47,863 bases of DNA from contig JANXMC010000030.1 of assembly GCA_025354825.1 (NCBI GenBank), positions 1 through 47,863 on the forward strand, given 5' to 3'. Of this stretch, positions 33,380 through 43,645 are shown piece by piece. The first letter of the stretch is position 1; the number at the start of each line of letters is the position of its first letter. Origin of the DNA: Myxococcales bacterium. Its GTDB lineage: Bacteria > Myxococcota_A > Polyangia > Polyangiales > Polyangiaceae. Under the pieces are notes generated by a model. The model was not told the origin of the DNA. It did not search any database and was given only the letters and a program-made list of their open reading frames with translations. The translations under genes and the position numbers were made by a program.

Positions 33380-35320
33380 ATGTGGGGGGTCTATCTCGAC
33401 GTTCCTTCCTACCGAAAGGCGCTGTCCGTGATCTTCCTCCGCAATCTCGAGCTTTGCTCCGTGACCTTCGCCTGCGCGCTCGCCGTCGCTTCTACGGGCT
33501 GCTCGAACGACGACGACGTCCCGCTTCCCACGCCGATCCCGGTGCGCGACGCGTCGGTCGCCTCGGATGCATCGCGCCCGAGCGACGCGGTGGATGCGGG
33601 CGCGCCCTCGGATGCAACGGCGCAGCCCGATGCCCCGTCGGCGACGGGGACGGTCGTCGTTCGCATTCTTGCGATGAACGACTTCCACGGAAACATCCAA
33701 CCTCCCACGGGGAGTAACGCGAACGTTCTCACGCGGGGGGATGACCCCATCGCCACGGGCATCGGCGTCGCATCGGGCGACGCCGGGCTTCTTAACATCC
33801 CCGCCGGCGGCGCGGCCTACGTCGCGGCGCATCTCGCGCGCCTGCGAGCAGAGGTCCCGGCGAACATACTCGTGCACGCAGGCGACCTCACGGGTGCGAC
33901 ACCCCTCGAGAGCGCGGCCTTTCACGACGAGCCGCCGATCCTCGTCTTCAACGCCCTCGGCCTTTCGTACAACGCCGTGGGCAACCACGAGTTCGATCAC
34001 GGAACGACGGAGCTGAATCGGTATCAAAACGGCGGCTGTTTTCCCGGCGATTCTTGCGGTGACGGCGGTACGTTCCCGGGCGCATCGTTCAAGTATCTCG
34101 CGGCCAACGTGGTCCTTCAATCCGGGGGAACGCTCTTCCCCGCCTACGACATCAAAGAGGTCGGCGGAGAGAAGATCGCGTTCATTGGGATGACGCTGAA
34201 GGACACGCCGTCGATCGTGTCGGCGGCCAACGTCGCGGGGATCGACTTTCGCGACGAGGTCGCCACCGTGAACGCCCTCGTTCCCGAGATTCGCGCCAAG
34301 GGTGCAGCGTCGATTGTGGTGCTCATCCACCAAGGCGGTTTCCCCGTCTTCACGACGACGTACGACGGCTGCAACCTCGCGGCGACCGACGGCGGTGTCG
34401 ACGATCCGATTGTTCAAATCGCAGACGCCCTCGACCCCGCTGTCGACGCCATCGTCTCCGGTCACACCCATCGAGCCTATTCGTGCACGATCCACGGCAA
34501 GGCCGTCACGAGCGCAGCTTCCTACGGGCGCGTCGTCACCGCGCTCGATCTCACGATCGATCGCACCACCCATCGTGTCGTGAGCACGGTCGCGAAGAAC
34601 GTCCCCGTCACGCGAAACGTCACGAAAGACCCTGCCATCGACACGCTCGTCCAGGGGTACGTGGCCCAATCGGCGGCGCGGGCCGGGCGCGTGGTGGGCC
34701 ATATCGAGGCCGATCTCCTCGTGCAACCGACGGCGACCGGCGAATCGAACTTTGGTGACTTCATCGCCGACGCAATGCTCGCATCGACCGCGTCGCCTAC
34801 CAAAGGCGCCGCCGTGATCGCCTTCATGAACAGCGGCGGTATTCGTGCCGACATTCGCGTCGCACCCCTTGGCACCGAGGCCGCGGGGGCCGTGACCTTC
34901 GGCAAAGTCTTCGCGTCCCAGCCCTTCGGAAACATCCTCACGACGGTCACGCTGACAGGGGCGCAAATCAAAGACGCGCTCGAGCAGCAGTTCACGGGGC
35001 GCGTTGCGAGCCCGAAGATTCTCCAGCCCTCGGCAGGCCTCACCTATACTTACGACCTCACAGCGGCCGACGGCGCGCGCGTCGTGGCGGGCTCGCTCCA
35101 ACTCAACGGCGTTCCGCTTTCGCCCACGGCCTCGTACCGCGTCACCATCAGCGATTTCGTCCTGGGCGGCGGCGATGGCTACCTCGCCTTGAAGCTCGGG
35201 ACCAACAAGCTCGTGGGCACATCCGATCTCGATGCGCTCGAGAGCTACTTCGCAAGCTTTGGATCCGCCTCGGCCACCGTCGCCACGCCCAACGCAGGCC
35301 GCATTCACGCGACGCCGTGA
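33380..35320 (+). CDS. Bifunctional metallophosphatase/5'-nucleotidase lipoprotein
   Basis: Lipobox AVASTGC. Motifs AMNDFHGN, HAGDLTGATP, GNHEFDHG, LIHQGG and SGHTHRAY, plus a C-terminal 5'-nucleotidase domain (NSGGIRADI). The start is uncertain (ATG 33380 chosen). Confidence 0.9.
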   Translation: MWGVYLDVPSYRKALSVIFLRNLELCSVTFACALAVASTGCSNDDDVPLPTPIPVRDASVASDASRPSDAVDAGAPSDATAQPDAPSATGTVVVRILAMNDFHGNIQPPTGSNANVLTRGDDPIATGIGVASGDAGLLNIPAGGAAYVAAHLARLRAEVPANILVHAGDLTGATPLESAAFHDEPPILVFNALGLSYNAVGNHEFDHGTTELNRYQNGGCFPGDSCGDGGTFPGASFKYLAANVVLQSGGTLFPAYDIKEVGGEKIAFIGMTLKDTPSIVSAANVAGIDFRDEVATVNALVPEIRAKGAASIVVLIHQGGFPVFTTTYDGCNLAATDGGVDDPIVQIADALDPAVDAIVSGHTHRAYSCTIHGKAVTSAASYGRVVTALDLTIDRTTHRVVSTVAKNVPVTRNVTKDPAIDTLVQGYVAQSAARAGRVVGHIEADLLVQPTATGESNFGDFIADAMLASTASPTKGAAVIAFMNSGGIRADIRVAPLGTEAAGAVTFGKVFASQPFGNILTTVTLTGAQIKDALEQQFTGRVASPKILQPSAGLTYTYDLTAADGARVVAGSLQLNGVPLSPTASYRVTISDFVLGGGDGYLALKLGTNKLVGTSDLDALESYFASFGSASATVATPNAGRIHATP

Positions 35321-36966
35321 CCGCCCGCGCCGCTCACCTCCGAACCGTTCAGAGCCCCAACGAGGACGTCTTGGCCATCGACGAAATGGAGAGAGCTCGC
35401 CCCGAGGTCGTTCGCACTGTGAGCGATCTCGGACGCTACCGCCTCGTCGCCGAGCTCGCGCGGGGCGGCATGGGGATTGTGTACTTGGCGCTCGTGCAGG
35501 GGGCGGCGGGCTTCAACAAACTGTTCGTCGTCAAAGAGCTGAAGAGCCACCTCGCCGAGGACCCGTCGTCGGTGCAGATGTTTCTCGAAGAGGCTCGCCT
35601 CTCGGCGCGTCTAAGCCACCCCAACGTCGTGCAGACGATCGAGGCCGGCTCGGACGAGAGCCGCCCGTTCATGGCGATGGAGTTTCTCGAGGGGCAATCG
35701 CTCCATCGTGTTCTCAGCCGCGCGCGAAAGCGGCAGATTGCGCTACCTCCCGCGTTCCATCTTCATGTCGCCGTTCAAATGCTCGAGGGGCTGCACTACG
35801 CCCACACGATCAAGGACTGTGATGGGGCGCCGTTGGATTTGGTCCACCGCGACGTGAGCCCTCACAACGTTTTCGTGACCTACGACGGGCGCGTCGTCCT
35901 TCTCGACTTCGGAATCGCGAAAACGCTCGATTCGTCGAACGAAACGCGGGCCGGCGTGGTGAAGGGGAAGGTCTCGTACATGGCTCCCGAGCAAGCGATG
36001 GGCCAGGCGGTAGACCTGCGTGCCGATCTCTTTTCCGCCGGTGTGATGCTCTGGGAAGCGACGGCCGGAAGGCGGATGTGGAGCCGTGCGGAGAACGATC
36101 TGCAAATCCTCCGCGCCTTGATGAACGGCGAAGTCCCTCGACCCCGTGACGAGGGTGCGGACGTGAATCCGATCCTCGAGCGGATCATCTTAAAGGCTAC
36201 CGCGCCGAAGCGTGAGGACCGGTACGAGAGCGCCGCGGCGATGCAGTCCGATCTCGAAGCCGCCATCACGACCCTCGGTCTTGGAACCTACGGCGCGCGC
36301 GAAATCGGCCGCGTGCTCGGCGACGCGTTCACCGTCGAGCGCGCGGGGCTCCGCGCGGTCATCGACGAGCAGCTTCGCGCACTGCGCCGCGCCACATCGG
36401 GCGAGTTCGCGCGTGTCGAGATGCCGAGCCTCAGCGCCTTTACGACGCCCCGCGGGACGAGCTCGAACGAGCTTTCGGCGCTCCGTTCGCGACGCTCCTC
36501 GTTCCCGCCGCCGTCGACGTCCTCCCCGCCGTCCGTGCTCGCGGTCGATGCTCCGCCCCCCGCGAAGCGACTCCCCCTCGCGCTCGTCGTCGCCTTCGCC
36601 GCCGTCCTCACCGTGGGCGCCTTCGCCCTCGGCCTCCGCCGTGGGCCCGACGGCGTGGGGGCAGAGCCGCCTCGCGTCTTCGGCGCCCTCTCCGCGCCCC
36701 ACCCGTCGCCCCCTCCGCGTGCGACCGAGATTCCCGACCTGCCGCCCGCGGATACGAAGGCTGTCCCATCGAGCCCGCTGCCCGCTGCCGCCGCGTTGCC
36801 ACGTGCGCGCCCGGTCCGAGGGTTCCCCTTGGTCGTGCCTTCGCCGGCGACGCCCCATGCTGCCGCGCCTCGCGACGCCGAGACGGCGCCGTCCGCAGCG
36901 CCTCCATCCATGGCCACCGCGAAAGCACGCCGCCCGATCGATACGAGTGACCCCTATGCCAACTAG
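35317..36966 (+). CDS. Ser/Thr protein kinase with a Pro-rich tail and a TM segment
   Basis: Motifs GGMGIVYLA, VVKELK, HRDVSPHNVF, DFGIAK and YMAPE. TM segment LPLALVVAFAAVLTVGAFALGL. GTG 35317 overlaps the upstream stop (GTGA); an alternative start is ATG 35386. Confidence 0.9.
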   Translation: MTARAAHLRTVQSPNEDVLAIDEMERARPEVVRTVSDLGRYRLVAELARGGMGIVYLALVQGAAGFNKLFVVKELKSHLAEDPSSVQMFLEEARLSARLSHPNVVQTIEAGSDESRPFMAMEFLEGQSLHRVLSRARKRQIALPPAFHLHVAVQMLEGLHYAHTIKDCDGAPLDLVHRDVSPHNVFVTYDGRVVLLDFGIAKTLDSSNETRAGVVKGKVSYMAPEQAMGQAVDLRADLFSAGVMLWEATAGRRMWSRAENDLQILRALMNGEVPRPRDEGADVNPILERIILKATAPKREDRYESAAAMQSDLEAAITTLGLGTYGAREIGRVLGDAFTVERAGLRAVIDEQLRALRRATSGEFARVEMPSLSAFTTPRGTSSNELSALRSRRSSFPPPSTSSPPSVLAVDAPPPAKRLPLALVVAFAAVLTVGAFALGLRRGPDGVGAEPPRVFGALSAPHPSPPPRATEIPDLPPADTKAVPSSPLPAAAALPRARPVRGFPLVVPSPATPHAAAPRDAETAPSAAPPSMATAKARRPIDTSDPYAN

Positions 36967-38674
36967 CAATACCAGGTTGGGAATCGTGAATCGAATGCGC
37001 GCCCGTCGCGCGTTCGCGTGCGCGGTCGCTGCGATGGCTGGCGCGGGCTTCGGCTGCACGTCGCTTCTCGGCAACGGCTACGGGACCGAGCGCGCCGACG
37101 CCAGTACGCCCCTCTTCGGGGCCGACGCGACCACGTTCGATGCAGACACGACGAGCGAGACGGGCGCCTCGTCGAATGACGCGTGCGCGACGCCCGCATT
37201 GGCGACGGCCACGAAAGACGACCTCGAAGCGCGTCTGTGCAACGGCCTGGTCTGCGCGCCCATCGACGAGAGCGCCGTCCTCGACTCGGGCTTCTGCGGG
37301 CGGGTCGACGGCGGCGTGACCTGCGCGCTCCCGCTTTTCGACGCGGGCGCGGCGCGAAGCGCGCCCCAGGGCATCGGCGCTTCGCCGTCGGCACCTGCGG
37401 GCGACGACGGCGGCGTGCGCTTCCCCGCGTGCAGCACGGTCGCGTGGCCCGCGCCGGACGGCGGCGTCGCGCCTCTCATTTACGCCACCGGGTCGACCGC
37501 GATTGGCCAATACGTGGCCACGATTGGTCAGCTCTACGCCCAGTTCGGAATCGGCACGATCTTGTACTCGGGGCAGGGGTCGTGCGTGGGCGTCGCTGCG
37601 GCCTACGCGGCTCCGGGCGCGCGCCGCCCAACGCTCGAGAGCCTGAAAATTACCACGTTTACGTATTACGAACCGCGCACCGATACGAACGGAAATCCAG
37701 TCCCCCATTCGTGCGTGCTCGGCGACTCGAATCAGGTGGCCGATATCGGATTTTCCGACGTCTACCCGCAGACATGCGACGCCTCGATTGCGAGCTATCC
37801 GCTCCCCGCACCCTATTCCGACTTCTTCGGCCCGGTGCAAGTAATGGAGCTCGTCGTCCCCAACACTTCCCATTCCGATCGAATCAGCTACGAGCAGGCG
37901 CAGCTCGTCTGGGGATACGGCGCGGCTGCTGGAATCTCCCCGTGGACGGACCCATCGCTTCTCTTCAGGCGCAGCCCGACGTCGGGCACGCAGGCGATGA
38001 TCGCGAAGGCCATCGGCCTCGATACGCGGGCATGGGTTGGCACCGCCAATGCGGGGAGCGGCGACGTTCTCGCATCGATCGTGAGCGCGAAGAACGGCAC
38101 CAAAGCCGACGGCGCCCTTGGAATTTTGGGGGCCGACGTGGCGGACGGCGCGCGCCAAGCGGGCAATCTGCGCCCGCTGGCTTTCCAAGACAAAGGGCAG
38201 ACGTGCGCCTTCTTCCCCGACTCGAGCCCAACGACCTTCGACAAGCAGAACGTGCGCGACGGTCATTACCCCATTTGGGGGCCCATCCACCTCATCACCA
38301 CGGTCGACAGCGCGGGGGTCGCCTTCAACCCCGTCGTCTCGCGACTGATCGCCGCGCTCAACGGTCTCGATACCGAAATTGCCTCCCAGTTCGATGTGAT
38401 CTCTCTCTACGCGAAGAACCACGTCATCCCCAGCTGCGCGATGCACGTCGCGCGTTCGGCGAGCAACGGCATCGACGGCGCGCCCTACGCGCCGTACAAA
38501 CCGGTGAAATCGTGTAGCTGCTATTACGACAGCCTCGTCGGCGCAGGCGCCGAATGCACGCTTCACCGCTGCACGACGGACGCCGAATGCGCCGGCAGCG
38601 CGCGCGGCGCCACGGTCTGCAACAGCTTTGGTACCCCGGCGGTCGGCTATTGCGAAATGCCGGCGGGCCAGTGA
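36956..38674 (+). CDS. Lipoprotein with a PstS-like (PBP_like_2) substrate-binding fold and a Cys-rich C-terminal tail
   Basis: Start taken at ATG 36956 (alternative 36995), overlapping the kinase stop. Lipobox GAGFGCTS. The blocks ATGSTAIGQY...SGQGSCVGVAA, VADIGFSD and FRRSPTSGTQ resemble PstS-family blocks. The upstream 744 nt of the track ORF are a shadow of the kinase gene. Confidence 0.55.
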   Translation: MPTSNTRLGIVNRMRARRAFACAVAAMAGAGFGCTSLLGNGYGTERADASTPLFGADATTFDADTTSETGASSNDACATPALATATKDDLEARLCNGLVCAPIDESAVLDSGFCGRVDGGVTCALPLFDAGAARSAPQGIGASPSAPAGDDGGVRFPACSTVAWPAPDGGVAPLIYATGSTAIGQYVATIGQLYAQFGIGTILYSGQGSCVGVAAAYAAPGARRPTLESLKITTFTYYEPRTDTNGNPVPHSCVLGDSNQVADIGFSDVYPQTCDASIASYPLPAPYSDFFGPVQVMELVVPNTSHSDRISYEQAQLVWGYGAAAGISPWTDPSLLFRRSPTSGTQAMIAKAIGLDTRAWVGTANAGSGDVLASIVSAKNGTKADGALGILGADVADGARQAGNLRPLAFQDKGQTCAFFPDSSPTTFDKQNVRDGHYPIWGPIHLITTVDSAGVAFNPVVSRLIAALNGLDTEIASQFDVISLYAKNHVIPSCAMHVARSASNGIDGAPYAPYKPVKSCSCYYDSLVGAGAECTLHRCTTDAECAGSARGATVCNSFGTPAVGYCEMPAGQ

Positions 38675-38685
38675 GGAAGATCACG

Positions 38686-39642
38686 ATGAAGCGCATCGGT
38701 TTCGCGTGCCTCGCACCTCTGTGCGTCGCATCCGCCCTCTTCGCAGCGCCCCGCACGGCGCGTGCGGAGACGCCTCCTTCGCCCGTCGCGCAAGCGAGGA
38801 CGCACTTCGAGCGCGCCGTCGCCCTTTACGAGGAAGACGACTACCGCGCCGCGCTCATCGAGTTCAATCGGGCCTATTCCCTCGCGCCGAGCTTTCAAGT
38901 TCTCTTCAATATCGGGCAGTCCCACTACCAGCTTCGCGACTACGCGAACGCCCTCGAAAGCCTCGAGCGGTACCTCGCGGAAGGGGGCGACAAGGTCCCG
39001 CGTGACCGCCGCTCGCAGGTCGACGGCGAGCTCGACGAGCTGCGCGGTCGCGTGGCGCGCCTCGCCGTCACGGCGAACGTGGACGGCGCAGAGCTGCTCC
39101 TCGACGACGCACCGCTTGGGCGATCCCCGTTGCCCGAGAGCGCGAAGAGCACGCTCGTCAGTGCGGGGCGCCACACCGTCCGCGCGCAAAAGAACGGCTA
39201 CGCGACCGACGTGAAAACCGTCGACATCGCCGGCGGCGACGAGGCCCACGTCGCGTTCGAGCTCGTCGTCACGCCGCGCGCGGTTTCGCTTTCGCGCCCC
39301 CTCGAGATGCGCCCGTCGTCGTCCCCTTCGCGCGCACCCGCGATTGCCGCGCTCGCGATTGGCGGCGCCGGCGTCGTCGTCGGGACCCTCTTCGGCGTGC
39401 TCGCGATGCACGACAAGAGCGCCCTCGACGACGCATGCCGCGCGAAGGTTTGCCCCGAGCGGAACCAACGCGACATCGACGCATTCTCGCGCGACGGTGC
39501 GCTCTCGACCGTCGCCTTCACCGTGGGCGCCGTGGGCCTTGTGACGGGCGTCCTTTTGTACTTCACCGCGTCCCCACCGCGCGACGCCTCACATTTCGTC
39601 GGCATCGGCGCCGTTGGCCGCGGACTTTCCGTCTCGTTTTGA
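38686..39642 (+). CDS. Secreted TPR plus PEGA-domain protein with a C-terminal TM segment
   Basis: GAGGAAG RBS, then ATG 38686. Signal ACLAPLCVASALFAAPRTARA. TPR-like ARTHFERAVALYEEDDYRAALIEFNRAY...YQLRDYANALESLERYL. PEGA-like VTANVDGAELLLDDAPLGRSPL...GRHTVRAQKNGY. Confidence 0.75.
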   Translation: MKRIGFACLAPLCVASALFAAPRTARAETPPSPVAQARTHFERAVALYEEDDYRAALIEFNRAYSLAPSFQVLFNIGQSHYQLRDYANALESLERYLAEGGDKVPRDRRSQVDGELDELRGRVARLAVTANVDGAELLLDDAPLGRSPLPESAKSTLVSAGRHTVRAQKNGYATDVKTVDIAGGDEAHVAFELVVTPRAVSLSRPLEMRPSSSPSRAPAIAALAIGGAGVVVGTLFGVLAMHDKSALDDACRAKVCPERNQRDIDAFSRDGALSTVAFTVGAVGLVTGVLLYFTASPPRDASHFVGIGAVGRGLSVSF

Positions 39643-39718
39643 GGACTCCACGCTTGCGCTGAAGCGTTGTCGCAGAGTCTCCTCGCGATTGTCACATTGC
39701 GGTGCCAACTATTCTCTC

Positions 39719-40270
39719 ATGACGACCTGGGCGGGGGCGATCATCGAGACAGCCGGCATGGCGGAATTCACGTCGGTCGCGTCGAAATGCGGTGTGATTG
39801 CCGAGCCCACCAAGGCTCGGTGGGTTCTGGCCGAATGCGCAGAGAACGCCGATCGGTTCGCGCCCCGCCACCTCGCACGAAAGCTCTCGCGTGAGCTCGG
39901 CGCCACGGTCATCGCGTTCTTCGTGCGCACCACGGAGAGCGTCGAGGAGATCGAGCAGTGGGAGCGGGGCGAGCTTCGGCGAAGTCTCGCCTATTCGGAA
40001 AATGCGGGCGGTTGGATATCGGATCGAGGCGAGCCCCAAGCCTGGGAGGCCGACTTTTTCGAGGACGCGGCCGCCCGAGACGACGGCGAGTGGCCCACCA
40101 GCAAACGCGGCTCCATCGCTCCGTTCCGCAGGTTGTGCGCGCAGCTCGACGTCGACCCCGATCATCCGACGGCACGCGTCGTCGCCCGTCGCGATAGCGC
40201 GTATTGGCTCGTCGTCGCAGCGTCGCTGTCGCTCGTGGCGGCGACCGTAGTCCTTGGCTTTTTGCACTAA
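39719..40270 (+). CDS. Hypothetical tail-anchored protein
   Basis: All 20 sampled third-codon positions in 39901-39960 are G/C in this frame. C-terminal TM segment [21 protein letters not shown]. No recognisable domain. Confidence 0.6.
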   Translation: MTTWAGAIIETAGMAEFTSVASKCGVIAEPTKARWVLAECAENADRFAPRHLARKLSRELGATVIAFFVRTTESVEEIEQWERGELRRSLAYSENAGGWISDRGEPQAWEADFFEDAAARDDGEWPTSKRGSIAPFRRLCAQLDVDPDHPTARVVARRDSAYWLVVAASLSLVAATVVLGFLH

Positions 40271-40401
40271 CGACCGCGCTTTCGGGAGAGCCGCGGCCGC
40301 CGCGCAATCGTGTCAGCCGAGGGAGCGTGCACGTGGCCGAAAGACTCCGTCAAGATGCGTGGACGTCAGCGCCGACAGCGCCTATTTGCGCGGCTGGAGA
40401 C

Positions 40402-43400
40402 CTATTGGGGGCGGTGCCGCGCCCCTTCCGATGCGTAGAGCCGCTCGAGAAATTCGAACAAGAGCCACTCTTGTGTGCGCTGCTCCGAACGGAGCATTCG
40501 GTTCACGTGCATATGCAAATAGCTCGCGGCGATGTCGTCGAGACTTCGCAGTAGCTCACCGCTCGCCTCCGCGCTGGCAAGCTCGCGTGCGATCGGCACC
40601 ATCGCTTCCGAGCGGCGATCGAACAGATCGTACGCCGCCTCGAGCCCCGGCGCCTGACGCGCGAGGAGCGCTTCGAGATCGATCCGCGCGTCGCGAAGCT
40701 TCTTGCCAACACGCCCTGACGTCGCGCCGTCGGCGCCGTGCTCGTTCGCGAACGCGCGGCGACGCTCGGCGACCAATGCGCGCCTTCGCGCTCCATCGAA
40801 ACCGAGATCCATCAGCAGTCGGTGCATGCCGTAGAGCGCGAGGCGCCAGCGGGCGTCGGCGCCGGCGTCCCCCTCGAGCATCGCGCACAGGGCGAGGGCC
40901 GCGTCGCTGTCGGCTTGAAAGAAGCGCTCGGCGAGGGCGATGCCCGTGTCGCCGCCGTAGCGCTCGACCTCCCGCGCGTACGTGTCGATCTGCACGCGTG
41001 CGATGCGCCCATCGGCCCGCCACGGCTCGATCGCATCGTGCAGCGCGGTTGCAACGTGGGCGAGGAGGCGTTTCGCGTCGCCGTGAAACCGGACGCGAAG
41101 GTGAGGGTGCGGGTCGTTGTAACGAAGGAAGAACCAGCCGTCGGCGTGCCCCTGTGCGAAGGCCTCGTCGCGAACCTTCGCGACGACATCCCGCAAGACG
41201 CGGTCGGCCGTGGCGGGCCCACCATAGAGCTTGAAATAGAGCCATTCCGAGCCGGGCGAGAACGTCCGCGCGAGCCCGGGCGCGGGCGCGTGCGAGGAAG
41301 CGTTGTCTCTCTCGGGCTCGCGCGCAACGACGAAGGGGACGATGAGCTCGTGGGCGAAGCGGTCGTCCGTACCGCGCGTGGTGACGACGGCGTCGTCGAT
41401 GGCGGGGAAGAGCTCCGTCACGAGCGCGCTCTTACGCCCTTTCACCAGCGCGACGAAGCTCGCGACGGCGAGGACGTTGCCGAGATCGACCGGGAGAACG
41501 TTGTCGCCGTCGGCGACCGCGATCCACGCGGGGAGTGTCCGCGCCGCGCGAAGGGCCGCTACCGCCGTCATCCGTTCGGCATGGGTGGGGCGATCGAGCT
41601 CTTTCAGCTCGCTCGCGTCGAGCCGCCAACGCGCGAGCGCGAGCACGGCGCGCCCGCGCCGTATGCGCGGGAGAAAGGGGAGCATCTCGGCGCTCTCGGG
41701 CCACCGCCACGCGAACCCGTCATGCCCCTGGAGCGCGCACAGGAAACGGTACGTCCCGAGCTCGGAATTGCCGTAGTTGTGTGCGGTCGACAGCCGTGGG
41801 GCGACTTCGCGATCGAGCCGCGCCGAACGCAAGACGATGCGGTCGCCTCTCACGGAAACGCGAAGGTCGTCGATAGGTATTTGGCAGTCGTCCGGCGCGC
41901 CGCTTCGACCCAGATAAGGAATTTCGTATTTTCGTAAAACAGGGCGACAGAGGATATTGCCCAATCGACCCTCGGGTAGGTGCACGATCTCGGCGTAGAC
42001 GACGCCCGGGCGAAGGGCTTCTTCGTCGCACAGGTGCGCCGTCACCGCGCTTCGAAGCTCGGAGTCGCCGTGGCAAAAGCGACCTAGGAGGTTCGCGCCC
42101 GACGGGCCCGTCACGCCGTGCACGGAGAGGCGGTAGTCGCCCGCGTCGATGGATGCGGCGTCCCGCGCCGCGACGGTGACGAACGCGGCGAAAGCGTCGG
42201 GCAGGGGGCGTGGGTGCTCGCTCGCGAGCTTCTCGATGTCGTCGTCGCTCAGCACCCATTCAGCGCCGCCGCTTCGCACGACGGCGCTCACGCGGCTCGA
42301 AAGGTGCTCGAGCTGCGCGCGGCGCTTGGTGCCGATGCCCGGCCGCATCGCGACGGCGTCCGGCCGCTCGGGGAGAACGAGATCGGCCAACAGCGGCGAA
42401 GGGTCTTGCCCCTTGGTGTGGCCGTCTGAAAAACCGATTCCGCGCTCCTCGTCGAGGGCCTCCGCGAGGGGAACTTCAGAGGTTTCGTAGCGTTCGACGA
42501 ACGCTTCGCGAAAGGCCGCGAGGCCTGCATGGGGGGTCGCGGACGACAGGCTCTGAAGCGTCGCGACCGCCGCTTCGATCTCGCGCACGAGCGACGGACC
42601 GAGCGTCGCCTCCGACGACGGCTTGTACAAATCGACTTGGAAGAGGCGCGCGGGCTCGGCCTTGGTGGGCAGATCGCGGAGCCCGTCGGCGACCTGTTTG
42701 TACTGGGAGGGTGGCGCGCCGAGAGGGCTCGCGTCGAGGGCGCGAAGCCGGGCGCGCGCTTCGTCCAAAATGCGCGCCAACGGGTGGCGGCCGAGCGCGG
42801 TAATCATCGCATCGAGGGGCTCTGCTCCCGTGACGACGGGTGTGAGATCCGACTCGAGGAGCTGCGCTTCGATGAGGTCGTGAACATAGGCGAGCGCGTC
42901 GTCTTCCGAGATGTCGTCGCCCACCAGCGGCTGCGCCAGCTCCCGCGCCGTCGCGCCCGGCTGCGCGCGCGCAAGGGTCGCGACGAGGTAGTCGGAAGCC
43001 TCGGCCGCGACGAGGTGGAAACTGCGCTCGCGGGTTTTCGCATCGACGCGCGCTTCGACGTAACGCAGCTGCTCGGCGCCTGCGCTGAGCGAGCTCGAGG
43101 GGCGGTACCGCGCGGCCGTCCACGCAGCCGCGTCGCTCTCGAGAGTCTTCGCGACAGCCCATAAATAGTGCGTATCGAGGCGCGTGTGGCGGCGCGCCTC
43201 TTGGCGAGAGGCGAGATCCAAGCGCGTCTGCGCACCGAGCGTGCCCATCGTGCAGCCCGAGAAGAGACCGAACGGCGTCGCGCGCCACGCCATGCGCGTG
43301 ACGTACCGAACGAGGGCGAGCGTCACGGCGTCGCGTCGCGTGTCTCCCTCGCCCGCGTCGTCGACATGGGCCGCCCATGGGTCGAGCGCATCGTCGAGGC

Positions 43401-43614
43401 TTGGCGACGCGACGAACAGCGCCTCGCGAACGACGGGCGTGAGCGCGAGGTCCCGCAAGATGCGCGTTAGCCGCCGCGCCTCGTCGGCGGCATTTGACAA
43501 CGAGGGGGAGGCGCCGCCGCCGAAGCCGCGCAAGTGGTCGATGGGAAGCGTCGGCGTGCGCGCCACGAAGAAGCCGGAAGCACGGAGTCTCGTCGTCTTC
43601 GTGCGCGGCGCCAT
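40402..43614 (-). CDS. lanB: Full-length LanB-type lanthipeptide dehydratase (N-terminal glutamylation region plus SpaB_C/thiopeptide-type elimination domain)
   Basis: About 1070 aa. N-terminus [16 protein letters not shown]-domain [11 protein letters not shown]...[20 protein letters not shown]...[15 protein letters not shown] (TIGR03891/Lant_dehydr_C signature). I prefer ATG 43614, preceded by GAGGGGG; the track uses TTG 43623. Confidence 0.9.
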   Translation of the reverse strand: MAPRTKTTRLRASGFFVARTPTLPIDHLRGFGGGASPSLSNAADEARRLTRILRDLALTPVVREALFVASPSLDDALDPWAAHVDDAGEGDTRRDAVTLALVRYVTRMAWRATPFGLFSGCTMGTLGAQTRLDLASRQEARRHTRLDTHYLWAVAKTLESDAAAWTAARYRPSSSLSAGAEQLRYVEARVDAKTRERSFHLVAAEASDYLVATLARAQPGATARELAQPLVGDDISEDDALAYVHDLIEAQLLESDLTPVVTGAEPLDAMITALGRHPLARILDEARARLRALDASPLGAPPSQYKQVADGLRDLPTKAEPARLFQVDLYKPSSEATLGPSLVREIEAAVATLQSLSSATPHAGLAAFREAFVERYETSEVPLAEALDEERGIGFSDGHTKGQDPSPLLADLVLPERPDAVAMRPGIGTKRRAQLEHLSSRVSAVVRSGGAEWVLSDDDIEKLASEHPRPLPDAFAAFVTVAARDAASIDAGDYRLSVHGVTGPSGANLLGRFCHGDSELRSAVTAHLCDEEALRPGVVYAEIVHLPEGRLGNILCRPVLRKYEIPYLGRSGAPDDCQIPIDDLRVSVRGDRIVLRSARLDREVAPRLSTAHNYGNSELGTYRFLCALQGHDGFAWRWPESAEMLPFLPRIRRGRAVLALARWRLDASELKELDRPTHAERMTAVAALRAARTLPAWIAVADGDNVLPVDLGNVLAVASFVALVKGRKSALVTELFPAIDDAVVTTRGTDDRFAHELIVPFVVAREPERDNASSHAPAPGLARTFSPGSEWLYFKLYGGPATADRVLRDVVAKVRDEAFAQGHADGWFFLRYNDPHPHLRVRFHGDAKRLLAHVATALHDAIEPWRADGRIARVQIDTYAREVERYGGDTGIALAERFFQADSDAALALCAMLEGDAGADARWRLALYGMHRLLMDLGFDGARRRALVAERRRAFANEHGADGATSGRVGKKLRDARIDLEALLARQAPGLEAAYDLFDRRSEAMVPIARELASAEASGELLRSLDDIAASYLHMHVNRMLRSEQRTQEWLLFEFLERLYASEGARHRPQ

Positions 43615-43645
43615 CCCCCTCAACGTAGCCCGAACCTGGTCGCCG

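Noticed and set aside
33206-35308. 700-aa minus-strand ORF
   Set aside because: It mirrors the 5'-nucleotidase gene, whose metallophosphatase motifs are unambiguous on the plus strand. The antisense translation is Arg-rich junk.
36212-36955. 5' extension of the lipoprotein ORF (the track gives 36212-38674)
   Set aside because: It overlaps the 3' third of the kinase gene in another frame, with Pro/Arg/Ser-rich content. The signal peptide/lipobox begins after ATG 36956.
36608-38566. 652-aa minus-strand ORF, plus the 444-aa plus-strand ORF 37183-38517
   Set aside because: Both are shadow or off-frame ORFs of the PstS-like lipoprotein gene. They have extreme Arg/Pro content and no signal peptide or motifs.
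40254-41937. Plus-strand ORFs of 326 and 399 aa inside the lanB region; I considered them as possible precursor or partner genes
   Set aside because: They are antisense to the well-supported LanB frame and Arg-rich, with no RBS and no leader-peptide-like features.
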